Source of the DNA: Rebecca billardiae RCC1528
Taxonomy: Eukaryota > Protista > Haptophyta
Direction: 5' to 3'
Length of the DNA: 64,000 nucleotides
NCBI GenBank assembly: GCA_965240325.2
Contig: OZ251244.1
Coordinates: 434,001 to 498,000, forward strand
Positions 23,066 to 33,116 of the stretch are shown here, piece by piece. The position numbers were made by a program, and so were the translations under genes. A model generated the notes under the pieces. The model saw only the letters and a list, made by a program, of their open reading frames with translations, made no database searches and was not told the origin of the DNA. Numbering within the stretch: position 1 is the first letter of the stretch; every line of letters begins with the position of its first letter.

Positions 23066-23693
23066 CTGACTGAGTGACGACCGCGTCGTCTGCGTCGATC
23101 GTCCTCGAGCGATGTGTCATGTGAATGAGTGAGTCAGTAGTAGCACACTGTCAGCACCGGGTCCAGTCAGCATGGCCTGCACATCAGGCCGCGCATGGGC
23201 CACAGACAGACTCATGGGGCACGGCAGACGCGGTCACAGCACTGAGCAGTGCAGCACGCCACTCTCCGCCGCGGGATCACTATTCACTCAGCCCGAACTC
23301 GCTGCTCACAGTCTGCCCTGCCGCTTCAGCACGGCAGCGTCTGCAACAAATTTATTAATATATATATATTATATATATATTATATATGACCGCGTTCCGC
23401 GGTCCTCTTCCGTCAGAACCGCAACGGAGTTGGGGGCCCGCGGTGCAGCTGTGCCACCCGCTCCGTCACGGCACACTGCAGCCTCGCCGCCGCGTCCGGA
23501 TGCCGAGTGCGTACGAGTACAATAACTACAAACAGTACTAGGGCCGCTGCGCGCGCCCGCCGGTCGCGGCCCTCAGACAGCTGCTCGCGAGGCAAGTCCG
23601 ACACACAAGGCCAAGCGGTCACAAGCCGGCTGCCCGGCTCACAACGTGACTCGTGGTGGGCTGCGCGATTCGTGAAGACTGATGAACGAATAA

Positions 23694-23694
<1 letters not shown>

Positions 23695-23767
<73 letters not shown>
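23695..23767. repeat. (TA)n microsatellite
   Basis: Uninterrupted TA run. Confidence 0.95.
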
Positions 23768-23771
<4 letters not shown>

Positions 23772-24132
23772 TATATACTACTGGAACGCGATTCGTGTCA
23801 AGTACTGACTGAACGAGTAAGTATATATATACTAGCTACTGGAACAGTGTCAGAACGCGACAACTAGGGCCGTGCGCCCTCAACTTCGTAGTTGTTCAGA
23901 GTACTCACCCGAAGATTTAGATCGGCGTAGCCGATCATATTATAATATTAATTATATATATATATATATTCATAAATAAACACTCAGGCCAGCGCAGTCT
24001 CAGTAGTCAGTGCCCGGCCCAGACGACATCAGACTCACGGAGCCGGGGTGAACTCGGCATCCCGGTGGCCGGCGCCGGCCTTGCCGCTTGTGCCGCGCCC
24101 GCGGGCCGAGCCCGTCAGCGGCGAGCTACTAG

Positions 24133-25518
24133 CTAGAGGTAATCACAACTGCTGCCAGACGCGTCGGAGCTGTCGCCACTTGTGCAACCACTAGTGGACG
24201 AGGAGGAAGCATGCGGGGCGGCATGCCCGCACTCGTATGCGAGCATAGCGTAGTGTGCGCTGGATTGCTGCAGATCAGCTTCGAGCTGCACGCACGTGGA
24301 GCAGGTGCCTGCTTCTGCGAGCGCATGGCCCACCTTGATGGGCGGGAGCGTGATGGCCGGCTGCACGTACGTCGTCAGCGGCAAGCTCTCCGGAACGTGC
24401 CGAGGGCTGCGATGCTGCTCGTACAGGTTCGTCTCGTCCTCGAGCTGCACCCGGCTCCCCACGCAAAGAAGGGAACCGCGCTCGCAGACACGGCACTCGC
24501 GGCTGTCAAAATCGTCGCCGACGTAGATGCCCGTCAGCACATTCGATGCAACCAGAGACACGAGGTGAGGGCCGTCGACCTCGCGGGGCAGCTGCGCGCG
24601 ACGCACGAAAGCCCGCACGACGTCTGCGCCCTCGAGCGCGGTCGTGTGCAGCCGGTCACAATCGTCGAGCTCGCGAGTTTCACGCCTGCCGCGGAAGTAC
24701 TCGCGTTCGACTCCCGTGTCGACATGCACGGCGCGGAGCTGTTGCTTGCCCTCTCCGACCTGCCGGGCGGCTATGTGCTCCTGGAGCTCGCACCAGAGCT
24801 CGCGAGCCGCTCTGACCAGCACGCCGTCCGCCTTGCGGCGCACGAGTCGGAAGAGCTTGGCGTGCGCGAGGAGCACCTCGGCGCGCAGCTCGAGCAGCTT
24901 GTCGAGTTGCTCGCGCGCGTCCTCGGCGTGCGCGGGACCGGCGTCACGGACGACGCGCTTGCCCTCCGCGGCGTCGAAGTAAACCACCGCCGTGACGTAG
25001 CCGACGCGATTTGGGCGCAGGTGCGAGCCCTCGAACGTGAGACCTTCGCTGACATCGAGCAAGTCGTCATGAAGGTTGATGCGCACGTTGCCGATGTACT
25101 CCCTTGACAAAGCGAGCTCTGAGGCCTCGCTGTACACCACCGCGCGCAGATAGGTCACCGTACGCGGCCCATCACGCGCGAAGTCGGCCGGCTTGCTCCT
25201 CAGCCAGGTCTGCACGCCCTCGAGGAGTTGGCGATCGTACCATGTCCCGGGCAGCCGGTCAGCCTTGAGCGCGCGCGAGAGCGCGCCCATCGCAAGGAGG
25301 AGCGGGTCGCGGAACGAGACGATGTAGTTATCGAGCGCCGACGACGAGGTGCTGCCGGACGTGCGGGGCACGGCTGTGACGGCCGCGCCTACCGTCTCCA
25401 AGAGGCACATCTTCAGCGTTTGTCTGCGGGAGCTCGCGTCTGGTTGCTGTGGGCGGGAGTGGTTGTTGTGATTCGTAATGACGTTCTGGAACGTACTCGG
25501 CTCATCACGCACAGCCAA
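24133..25518 (-). CDS. Hypothetical intronless protein (start may be 25410)
   Basis: 461-aa ORF with globular-protein-like composition and two CxxC motifs. No family recognised. Confidence 0.55.
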   Translation of the reverse strand: MAVRDEPSTFQNVITNHNNHSRPQQPDASSRRQTLKMCLLETVGAAVTAVPRTSGSTSSSALDNYIVSFRDPLLLAMGALSRALKADRLPGTWYDRQLLEGVQTWLRSKPADFARDGPRTVTYLRAVVYSEASELALSREYIGNVRINLHDDLLDVSEGLTFEGSHLRPNRVGYVTAVVYFDAAEGKRVVRDAGPAHAEDAREQLDKLLELRAEVLLAHAKLFRLVRRKADGVLVRAARELWCELQEHIAARQVGEGKQQLRAVHVDTGVEREYFRGRRETRELDDCDRLHTTALEGADVVRAFVRRAQLPREVDGPHLVSLVASNVLTGIYVGDDFDSRECRVCERGSLLCVGSRVQLEDETNLYEQHRSPRHVPESLPLTTYVQPAITLPPIKVGHALAEAGTCSTCVQLEADLQQSSAHYAMLAYECGHAAPHASSSSTSGCTSGDSSDASGSSCDYL

Positions 25519-26521
25519 TAATTAGCCACTCTGGTGATTACGGCTACCTCGACCGTTCAAGGCATGTTTTGCCGCCCATCAATGTCCAATCATCGATGAT
25601 ACGTACTGCAAGACGGGCGGTTGGTGTGAGCGGCCCCGGTCACCCACTGATGATGATTTCGATGTGCTGAGCCTATCTGATGAACTAATATTCGATTTAT
25701 TATTCGCATACAGGCGGGTACGTGTATATATATATATATATTATCATAAGCGCTATAATCAAGTGGCGAATGTATGGTACGATGGCTGCGCACGTGGAGC
25801 TGATGCCGCCCACAGTCACCTTGCCGTGTCGTACGCGAGTCGGCGGTAGCTTGCGCTGAAAGTGGATGCAGCCGATCGGCGAGCTCGACGGTGGCCGCGC
25901 GGCCGCCTCCCAACCAAACCGCTTGAGGCCGCCGCCGGGCTGGACCTGCGAGTCCTCCGTGTGTGGAGCTAGGCTCCCACGCGTGGCCCGAGGCGTACAC
26001 GGGGTGCCGTCCGAGTGCGCGGCACAGCACACTTGCGGGCGAGCCGTGGGTCTGCGCAGACGCGGCCGCTCCCCGACCGTGCGCCACGAGCGAGAGAGCT
26101 GCCACGGTGCGCTCGTCACGGCGTGAGCGGGCGTGCAGCCACGTAGCCAGCGAAGCGGGCGCTTAAATGTGAGTGGTAATCGTGCCCCGCACGGCGTGCG
26201 CAACAGCAAAGCCGCCAAAGCGTGCCGCACTGGTTGCGGCGGTGCGCGGCACGCGCGCGCTCGAGTATGTAGACGAGTAGTAGGCGCGCGCGGAGAACCC
26301 CGCAGTTTGTGCTCGACGCGCGCACGCCGCCTCGACTCATCGCTGGATATGAAAATGAATGGGTTAGTCACAATGGCGCGGCAGCGGGTGGCCGTGTAAT
26401 CGGCTGACGCGAGTGCGCGCGGCATAGTAAATGCCGCGCGTTGAATGTGTGCCCGACACGCGACGGCGGTCGACCGCCCTGAACCACACAGCGGTGGATC
26501 TGGACGTAGACCGCACGTTGC

Positions 26522-26962
26522 CAGCGATCCCGGTTCGTGTGATATCTGGCCTCACGAACGAACTCACGAACTTCGGTTCGCGAACCAAGGGAGTTCGCGA
26601 ACTCACGGCCTCCCCGACGGCCCTCTCGCGAACGAACTCGCGAACGTTCGCGAACCGTACGCGAACCGATTATTTATTCGATGCAATAGGAAAATTCTAT
26701 TAAATATGGAATTTTCGCCCGATTTGGCGGAAATCATATTGGAATATCGATCCAAGATGACCGTGAGATTGGCCGCTTACATATAGGAGATTGAGATTGT
26801 GTGGTTCGCGAACAGGTTCGCGTAGTTCGCGAACCGGTTCGCGAGTTCGCGAACATCGCCCGGAGGCCAGCCGATATGTGGCGAACGACGCGAATAACCT
26901 AGGCGAACAAGGCCCGTTCGTGAACCCGGTTCGCGAACTTTTTATACGAACCGGGATCGCTG
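26522..26962. mobile_element. hAT-type MITE (441 bp), 8-bp TSD CACGTTGC
   Basis: Perfect 17-bp TIR CAGCGATCCCGGTTCGT. TSD at 26514-26521 and 26963-26970. Many subterminal GTTCGCGAAC palindromes around an AT-rich core. Confidence 0.92.
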
Positions 26963-27604
26963 CACGTTGCGACTGCTTCAACTGCTATACCAGCGGCTTG
27001 TAAAGGGTTCGGCGCCTTGCCGGCCGCCCTTTGTTCGTTGTCACACATGGCTCCATCCACCACCCGTATAACCCCGCGAACGAACCCGGATGGCCCGAAT
27101 CGAAGGCTCGGAGTCAAGCTGCTCTTAATAGTAAAGCGTGCCTCAAAGCTGGCCCGTGGCCGGGCTCACTGGATAACTGGCTGGGTAGCCGGCATGGCTC
27201 CCGCGTCAGTCAGCCGGGCGGAGCCAGCCGTCACTCCGCCGTGCCAGTCAGCAGGCGCGCCACCTAAAAATATTAATTATATATAAATGGCGTAAATATA
27301 TAAATTATATATTAATCGTCGGCGCGACGAGCAGCTGCTCGCGCTCGGTCACGCTCTCCGTCAGACGGGCTCGGACCGGACTCGCCGTCGTCTCCGGCGG
27401 AGACCTCTGGAGACGATGCGGTGGGCGCCCGCGGCGGAGGTCAGGCTCTGCGCTTCCTGGCGGGTTCGATCATCCCAGCGCCGCTACGAAACGCGCCGCC
27501 AAGTGTGACGTGACGCTGGCGGCCGGACTTGCTCGGCTCACGACGGCGACGCGTCATGCGCCCGTGGTCCTGCCCGCTGCGGTCGCCCCGCGCGTGGGCA
27601 GCCG

Positions 27605-29287
27605 TCACGCGTTCTTCGCGTCGGGCGGCGGGGGCAGGGCACGCACCACCCAGCCGCACGCGAACGTGATGATGCCCATGAAAGCGAACACGAGGAACTG
27701 CCGCCCCGGCAGCGCGAGCTCGCAGCCGATCGTCACGATCAGCCCGCCGACGAGCGGTGCAAACCCGCGCGCGAGCGCCGAGAGCGACTGTGAGAAGCCG
27801 TTGATCATCGCGAGTTGCGAGGGCTGCACCGAGTTGTTGACGATCACGTTGCCGAGGGTGAAGCCGAGCGTGCCGAAGCAGTTGATCGACGCGAGCGTGA
27901 GGAAGAGCATCGGGAAGACCAGCCGCGCGAGCACGGGCGGCGCGCCCGGCGTCAGGGCCACCCGCCTCAGGACGGCGAGAGCGGGCAGCACGCAGAAGAC
28001 CGGCAGGAGCAGGAAGTTGGCCCAGGCCAACGAGCGCTGCGCGGGGGGAGGGCGACGGGGCGCGCGGGGGCGGGGTGAGCGCGCGGCGGCGCGCGGGGCT
28101 CCGCACGCGCGGCGGGAGCGAGCGCGCGCGCAGACGCATGCCGCCGAGGCGCGCAGTCGCGGCGCGCGCGCGGCGGCGCGTGGCACCTTCGTGCCGATGC
28201 GCTGCGTGAGCGGCGCCTGCAGCGGCAGCGAGCCGAAGAGGCCTATTGAGGCGGCGGACATGAGGAAGCCGATCTCGCGCATGCTCAGCCCCACGCCGCC
28301 CTCGCTCAGCGGCAGCTTGAGCAGCAGCGGCACCGCGAGGTCGTACAGCACGTTGACGAAACAGTCGAGCGCGTACGCGAGGCACGCGAGCATGGGCCCG
28401 CGCTTGCCGATGAACGAGAGACGCTCGGCGACGGTGGGCGCGCGCGGCGCGGCCTCCTCGGACGCGGCGCCGGGCGCGCGCGCGGGCTCGCGCAGCGCGA
28501 CGTACGTCGTGAGCAGCGCGGCGAGCTGCACCACCATGCACGCCAGACACGGCAGCAGGTACGGCGCCGCGGCGAAGACGGGCATCCCTCCAAAGAGCCC
28601 CGGGTAATTCGACGCCGGCCGCGCGAGCAGGCCGCCCGTGACGGGCGCGATGACGGCGCCGAAGCCGAAGGCGAGCGTGAGCAGGCCGAAGGCGCGCACG
28701 CGGCGCTGCCCCGACGTCGTCCTCGCGATGTACGCCTTGAGGATCGAGATGTTCCCGTTCATGCTGCCGGCGACGATCCGAGCGACGAGCGCGGCCGAGA
28801 AGGACGTGGACGTGCCGAAGAGGGCCGTGGCGAGGATGCCGATGGTGATGGTGAAGAGCATCGTCTGGCGCACGCCGAAAAAATCCGAGCACGCCGAGAC
28901 CATCGGCGTCGCGATGAACGAGGCGAAGCAGTACGACGAGGACAGCAGGCCTGTGTACGCGCCCAGCTTGGACGCGGGGATCCCGAAGCCTTCCACCATG
29001 AACGGGAGGAAGGGGAAGAGCATCATCGACTGCACGGCCTCGGAGAACTGGACGGCGAAGATGCACGACTTCGCGCCGACGCTCAGCCGGCCGTCCTCGT
29101 CGGCCTGCGCCTCCGCGAAGCCGCCGCGAATGTCGGTGCGGCGCGCGGCCAGCAGCGGCCGGCGCGCGTGCGCGCCGCGCAGCGTAAAGCTCCGTGCGGC
29201 GTGGGGCGTGAGTCGTGCGCTGTCCACCTGCTGAATCTCGATCGCCGAGAGTGCTACCGCCGCCCACACCACGCGGATGAGCGCCAT
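27605..29287 (-). CDS. Major facilitator superfamily transporter (DHA1/ZIFL-like), in-frame intron 28037-28186
   Basis: MLFPFLPFMV, YTGLLSSSY, SDFFGVRQTML (motif A-like), RIVAGSMNGNISILKAYI and PVTGGLLA..P, with multiple TM helices. N-terminal signal-like extension. Confidence 0.85.
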   Translation of the reverse strand: MALIRVVWAAVALSAIEIQQVDSARLTPHAARSFTLRGAHARRPLLAARRTDIRGGFAEAQADEDGRLSVGAKSCIFAVQFSEAVQSMMLFPFLPFMVEGFGIPASKLGAYTGLLSSSYCFASFIATPMVSACSDFFGVRQTMLFTITIGILATALFGTSTSFSAALVARIVAGSMNGNISILKAYIARTTSGQRRVRAFGLLTLAFGFGAVIAPVTGGLLARPASNYPGLFGGMPVFAAAPYLLPCLACMVVQLAALLTTYVALREPARAPGAASEEAAPRAPTVAERLSFIGKRGPMLACLAYALDCFVNVLYDLAVPLLLKLPLSEGGVGLSMREIGFLMSAASIGLFGSLPLQAPLTQRIGTKVPRAAARAPRLRASAACVCARARSRRACGAPRAAARSPRPRAPRRPPPAQRSLAWANFLLLPVFCVLPALAVLRRVALTPGAPPVLARLVFPMLFLTLASINCFGTLGFTLGNVIVNNSVQPSQLAMINGFSQSLSALARGFAPLVGGLIVTIGCELALPGRQFLVFAFMGIITFACGWVVRALPPPPDAKNA

Positions 29288-29459
29288 CGCAATGTGCTGG
29301 TCCCGTGCGGTGAGGGCCGTCCGGCGTCCGGCGGGTCTTTTACGAATTACCGGACGCTCATTATTTTTCGGCACTCTGGATAATCCGGTGAGCGTCTCCG
29401 CCCGGCGGCGGTGCGCAGCGCTCACCGGACGAACGTCGCGCCCTCCGCGCGCGGTGGCC

Positions 29460-31498
29460 ATGTCCAACCGCCTTGCGATCGTCGGGCCCGCGGCCGAGGA
29501 GCTGCTGCGCGGTGCGTGCCGAGGCACGGCCCCCGGCGCGGCCGCTCCCACGAATAGCTGCCTGCGCCAACCACCTCTCGCCCTGCGTCCGCCGCGGCCC
29601 ACGCGCGTGCGCGCGCCTCGTGCGCTGCAGAGCTGCCCAGGACAGGCGAGGCGCTCGGCGCTGTGGATTCGGCGGGCACGCCGGCGTGCACGTGGGCCTT
29701 GTCCACCAAGTACTACTGCGCGGACGTGGAGATCCATATCCAGGCGGCAGAGTACGACTCCGGTGCGCGCGCCGCCCCTCCCTTCTGAGGCGTGGGCGCG
29801 GCCGGCGCACTCCGTCCAGCCGTATCGCAAGCGCGCGCCGGAAGCTGATTCGATGGGCGCGCGCGCGCGCACGCGCGTGGCGGCGCAGGCGAAGATCGCG
29901 CAGGCGCGCAAGCGCTCGTGCTGGCATTCTACCTCGACGACGCTGAGCCATCGACGCCGCCCAACGGCGCGCCGCCCCGCGACGACGCGCTCGGCGCGCT
30001 GCCGGCGCCGCCGCCCGCGCGCGCGCCGCGCTGGCTTGAGGCGTGGCGCGCGCACGGCGAGAGCGCAGAGCACGACACGGCGATGGTGGTCGGCGTGACG
30101 CGCGCGGGCTCGGCGCTGCGCGGCGCGGCGCTCGACGCCGCGTGCGAGGCGCTCTTCGGCTGGTGCCTCGACGCGGGCGGCTTCGAGTTTCTCCACGTGG
30201 CCCTCGGCGCGGCGGTTCAGATGCAATCTCGCGAGAAGGAAGGGCTCGCGCGATTGGTCGAGGCAGTCGAGTGCGTGGCGTGGGCGCAGACGCGCGCGCC
30301 GAGCAGGGCTGGGGCGGGGCGGCCGGTGGCGCCGCTCGCGGGCGCGGCGGCCGACTCCGCCGCACTGCCCGACGACGACGCCCTCGGCGGCAGCCACGCC
30401 GCTGGCCACGGCACGGCCGCGCCGGCGAGCGCGCCCTCCGAGCCGGCAGCAGCGTCTGACCGCTCCGCGCTCGGCGCGCGCATGCGCGAGCGCTCGGCGG
30501 CGCTGATGGAGGTGCGCGAGCTGCACGCGAGCGCGACGCGTCCGCGGGTGCAGGCCGCGCTCGAGCGGCTGCAGGCGCTCCTCGCCCGGCCGGACGCCGA
30601 CGAGAGTCCGGCTGAGTCCGGGCCACAGAGTCCGGCTGAGTCCGGGCCGCAGCCCAGCGCAGCGGCGGCACCGGACGGCGCGCCGCCGCGGGCGGGGCCG
30701 AGCCCTCCGGCGCGCGGGGCCGAGGCTGCCCGCGGGGCGGCTCGGCCGGTGGGCGTTGCGGAGGACCTGCTCGAGGTGCGCGAGCTGTACGACAGCGCGA
30801 CGCGCCCTCGCGTCCTTCGCGCGCTGGAGCAGCTGCAGCTCGCTCTGGGAGCGCCGAGCGCGCCCGCCGCCGACGCGGGCGCGCCGGCCGTTCCCACCGC
30901 CGCCGCCGCCGCCGCTGCCGAGCTGAGCCCTGCCGCCGGTGCGCCTGCGCGCGCCGCCGGCGGCATGGCGGACGCGCTGCTCGAGGCGCGCGCGCTGCAC
31001 GGCGGCGCCACCCGCCCGCGCGTGCAGCACGCCCTCGAGCGCCTTCAGGCGACGCTCGCGCGCGAGGGCGTCGCGCCGGACGCCGAGGCGGCCACGGCGG
31101 CGCCAGCGGCTGCGCCGGGCGCGGGCGCGCAAGCGGGCGGCGCGGCGGAGGGCGGCGCGAAGACGTCGTCCACCGCGCCGCCGGGCGAGGACGAGGCGCG
31201 CCGTCGCGTGCAGCAGCTGATGCGCTCCGCCGGCCTCGACGCCGACAGCGCCGCCGACCCCTCCGACGCCGACCCCGGCGCGCCACCGGACTCTGAGCGC
31301 CTGGAGGCCGTGGTCGCAGAGATGACGAAACTCAGGGACCACGGCGGCGCGCTCGACCCGGCCGAGCGGCGCGCGCGCGCGGAGCGCACCGCGCTGGAGC
31401 TCGCGAAGCTGATCGGCCTGGACGGCGAGGGCTCGGACGACGAGGAGGCCGAGGCCGGGGCTCAGAACGGCAGCGCCGCAGCCGGCTCGGGCCGCTGA
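29460..31498 (+). CDS. AAGAB: Alpha/gamma-adaptin-binding protein p34 (AAGAB/Irc6)-like (exons 29460-29511, 29631-29762, 29889-31498)
   Basis: The spliced product contains WALSTKYYCADVEI, GWCLDAGGFEFL, EKEGLARLVEAVECVAW and the C-terminal LEAVVAEMTKLRD..LDPAERRARAERTALEL helix. Confidence 0.75.
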
Positions 31499-31780
31499 CG
31501 CCATCCGCTCGTCATTTCGCTCCGCACCAACTACCAAGTTCAAGGCCCAGCCGCCTGGCACCTGGGAGTCTCCGCACCAAGCACTGCGACCGCGTACGTT
31601 CCACATCGAGGACGGCGCCGGCCGGCGGCCGCGGGACCGTGGCAACGGCGACGACATCATCATCGTCGCGGTTGGCAGTGCAGTGGCATCCATCTGATGC
31701 GTCGACATTGACGACTTTTCAGCGCCGTTCACACAGCAGTCTGAAATCATTAAATCATAGAAGTCGTACGAGAGCTAACG

Positions 31781-32923
31781 ATGGCGGCCCGCCCGTGCCC
31801 GTCGCGGGGCACCCTGCTGCTGGTGGGCTGCGCGCTCGCGCGCGCGCCGCGCGCGAGGATCGCCCCATTCTACTTCTCCGTTGGTGGTCGGCCATGCCAA
31901 CCCGCCACCGAGCCGCGCTGGAGCATCTTGCACATCCCCAAATGCGGCTCGGTCATTGAGCAACTCGGCTTGGAGTATGGCGCGGTGGACCACGCGCTCG
32001 AGCGGCACCATCCGCTGCAGCGCGCCCCGGAGGCCTGGCCGATGACGATGACGATGCTGCGCCAACCCGAGGAGCGCGTCGTCTCCATGTACATGTACTT
32101 TCTCCACCACCCACCGCCGCGTAACTACAACAACCGGAATGGTTTTGGCTTCGGCTCGCGCCCGCAGATGAAGCACGTGTACGAAGCGGTGCACGCGCAC
32201 CGGCCGGTGGCTGAGGTCTTCGAGAGGTTCCGGGGCTGCCAGAGCAACATGCTCAACCACCGGTACTGCCTGTACAAGAGCAGGTACTACGAGGAGCGCA
32301 CGACGCCGGCGCTGCGCGCGCGCTGGAGGCGAGACGCGATTCGGAAGCTGAACGCCCTCGGCTTCGTGGGGATCCTCGAGGAGCTGCGACTGAGCGTGTG
32401 CCTGCTGAACAAGGTCTTCACGGGCGAGGCGTTCTACATGCAGCGCCAGCTGCGCACCATGAACCCGACGATCACGCCAGCGGCCGCGGCAAAGGCCGCT
32501 GCGGCCGGCGGCGCAAGGGCGCGCCCTGGAGCTTTGTTTGAGACATCCACGTCGCGATTGGCGGCGGCGCGGTCGGGCATCAACGTCACGCTCGAGCCGG
32601 ACGTGATGGATGGCGCGCTGTACGGCGCGGGCCGCGCGCTGCTGAGGCGCAGGCTCGCGGCTGCCAACGTGAGCGAGGCGACGTGCGCGCGAGTGCCCGA
32701 CGACTATGTGCGCACGTGCGCGTGCACGCGGCCGGCGAGCCTTTCGTCGTCGAAGGCAGCAAACAAGCGGGAGGTGCCGCAAGCGCCGGTCTTGCCGGCG
32801 TGCTCGGAGGCGCAAGTTGCCACGGCCTCAGATGCGCGCGCCATCCGGGCGGCGGTGGACGGCATCGCTGGCGCTGGCTGCTGTGCCGTGCTGCCGCGGC
32901 CGCGGCGCTCGGCGGTGGTCTAA
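31781..32923 (+). CDS. Golgi-type sulfotransferase
   Basis: 5'-PSB motif LHIPKCGS, 3'-PB motif MLRQPEERVVSMYMY and FVGILEEL..S..LL. Hydrophobic N-terminus. Confidence 0.8.
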   Translation: MAARPCPSRGTLLLVGCALARAPRARIAPFYFSVGGRPCQPATEPRWSILHIPKCGSVIEQLGLEYGAVDHALERHHPLQRAPEAWPMTMTMLRQPEERVVSMYMYFLHHPPPRNYNNRNGFGFGSRPQMKHVYEAVHAHRPVAEVFERFRGCQSNMLNHRYCLYKSRYYEERTTPALRARWRRDAIRKLNALGFVGILEELRLSVCLLNKVFTGEAFYMQRQLRTMNPTITPAAAAKAAAAGGARARPGALFETSTSRLAAARSGINVTLEPDVMDGALYGAGRALLRRRLAAANVSEATCARVPDDYVRTCACTRPASLSSSKAANKREVPQAPVLPACSEAQVATASDARAIRAAVDGIAGAGCCAVLPRPRRSAVV

Positions 32924-33116
32924 TGAATGCGTGTTACAGTAATGATCTCGGCCGACAAGGACTAAGGAGACGCTGACATACAGGCCCACCGCGACTGCGC
33001 GTCGTTCATTCATGTTCCCAACGGCAAGGACTGCACAAGCGGCCCTGCCGTGGTCACGTCAGTCTCGTCAGATGACGTTGAGTCATCATTGATGACGACG
33101 CGAATGATATGTTATA

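Noticed and set aside
27605-31750. 1381-aa minus-strand ORF as a single protein
   Set aside because: Only 27605-29287 encodes the MFS. The rest is stop-free antisense to AAGAB, an effect of extreme GC content.
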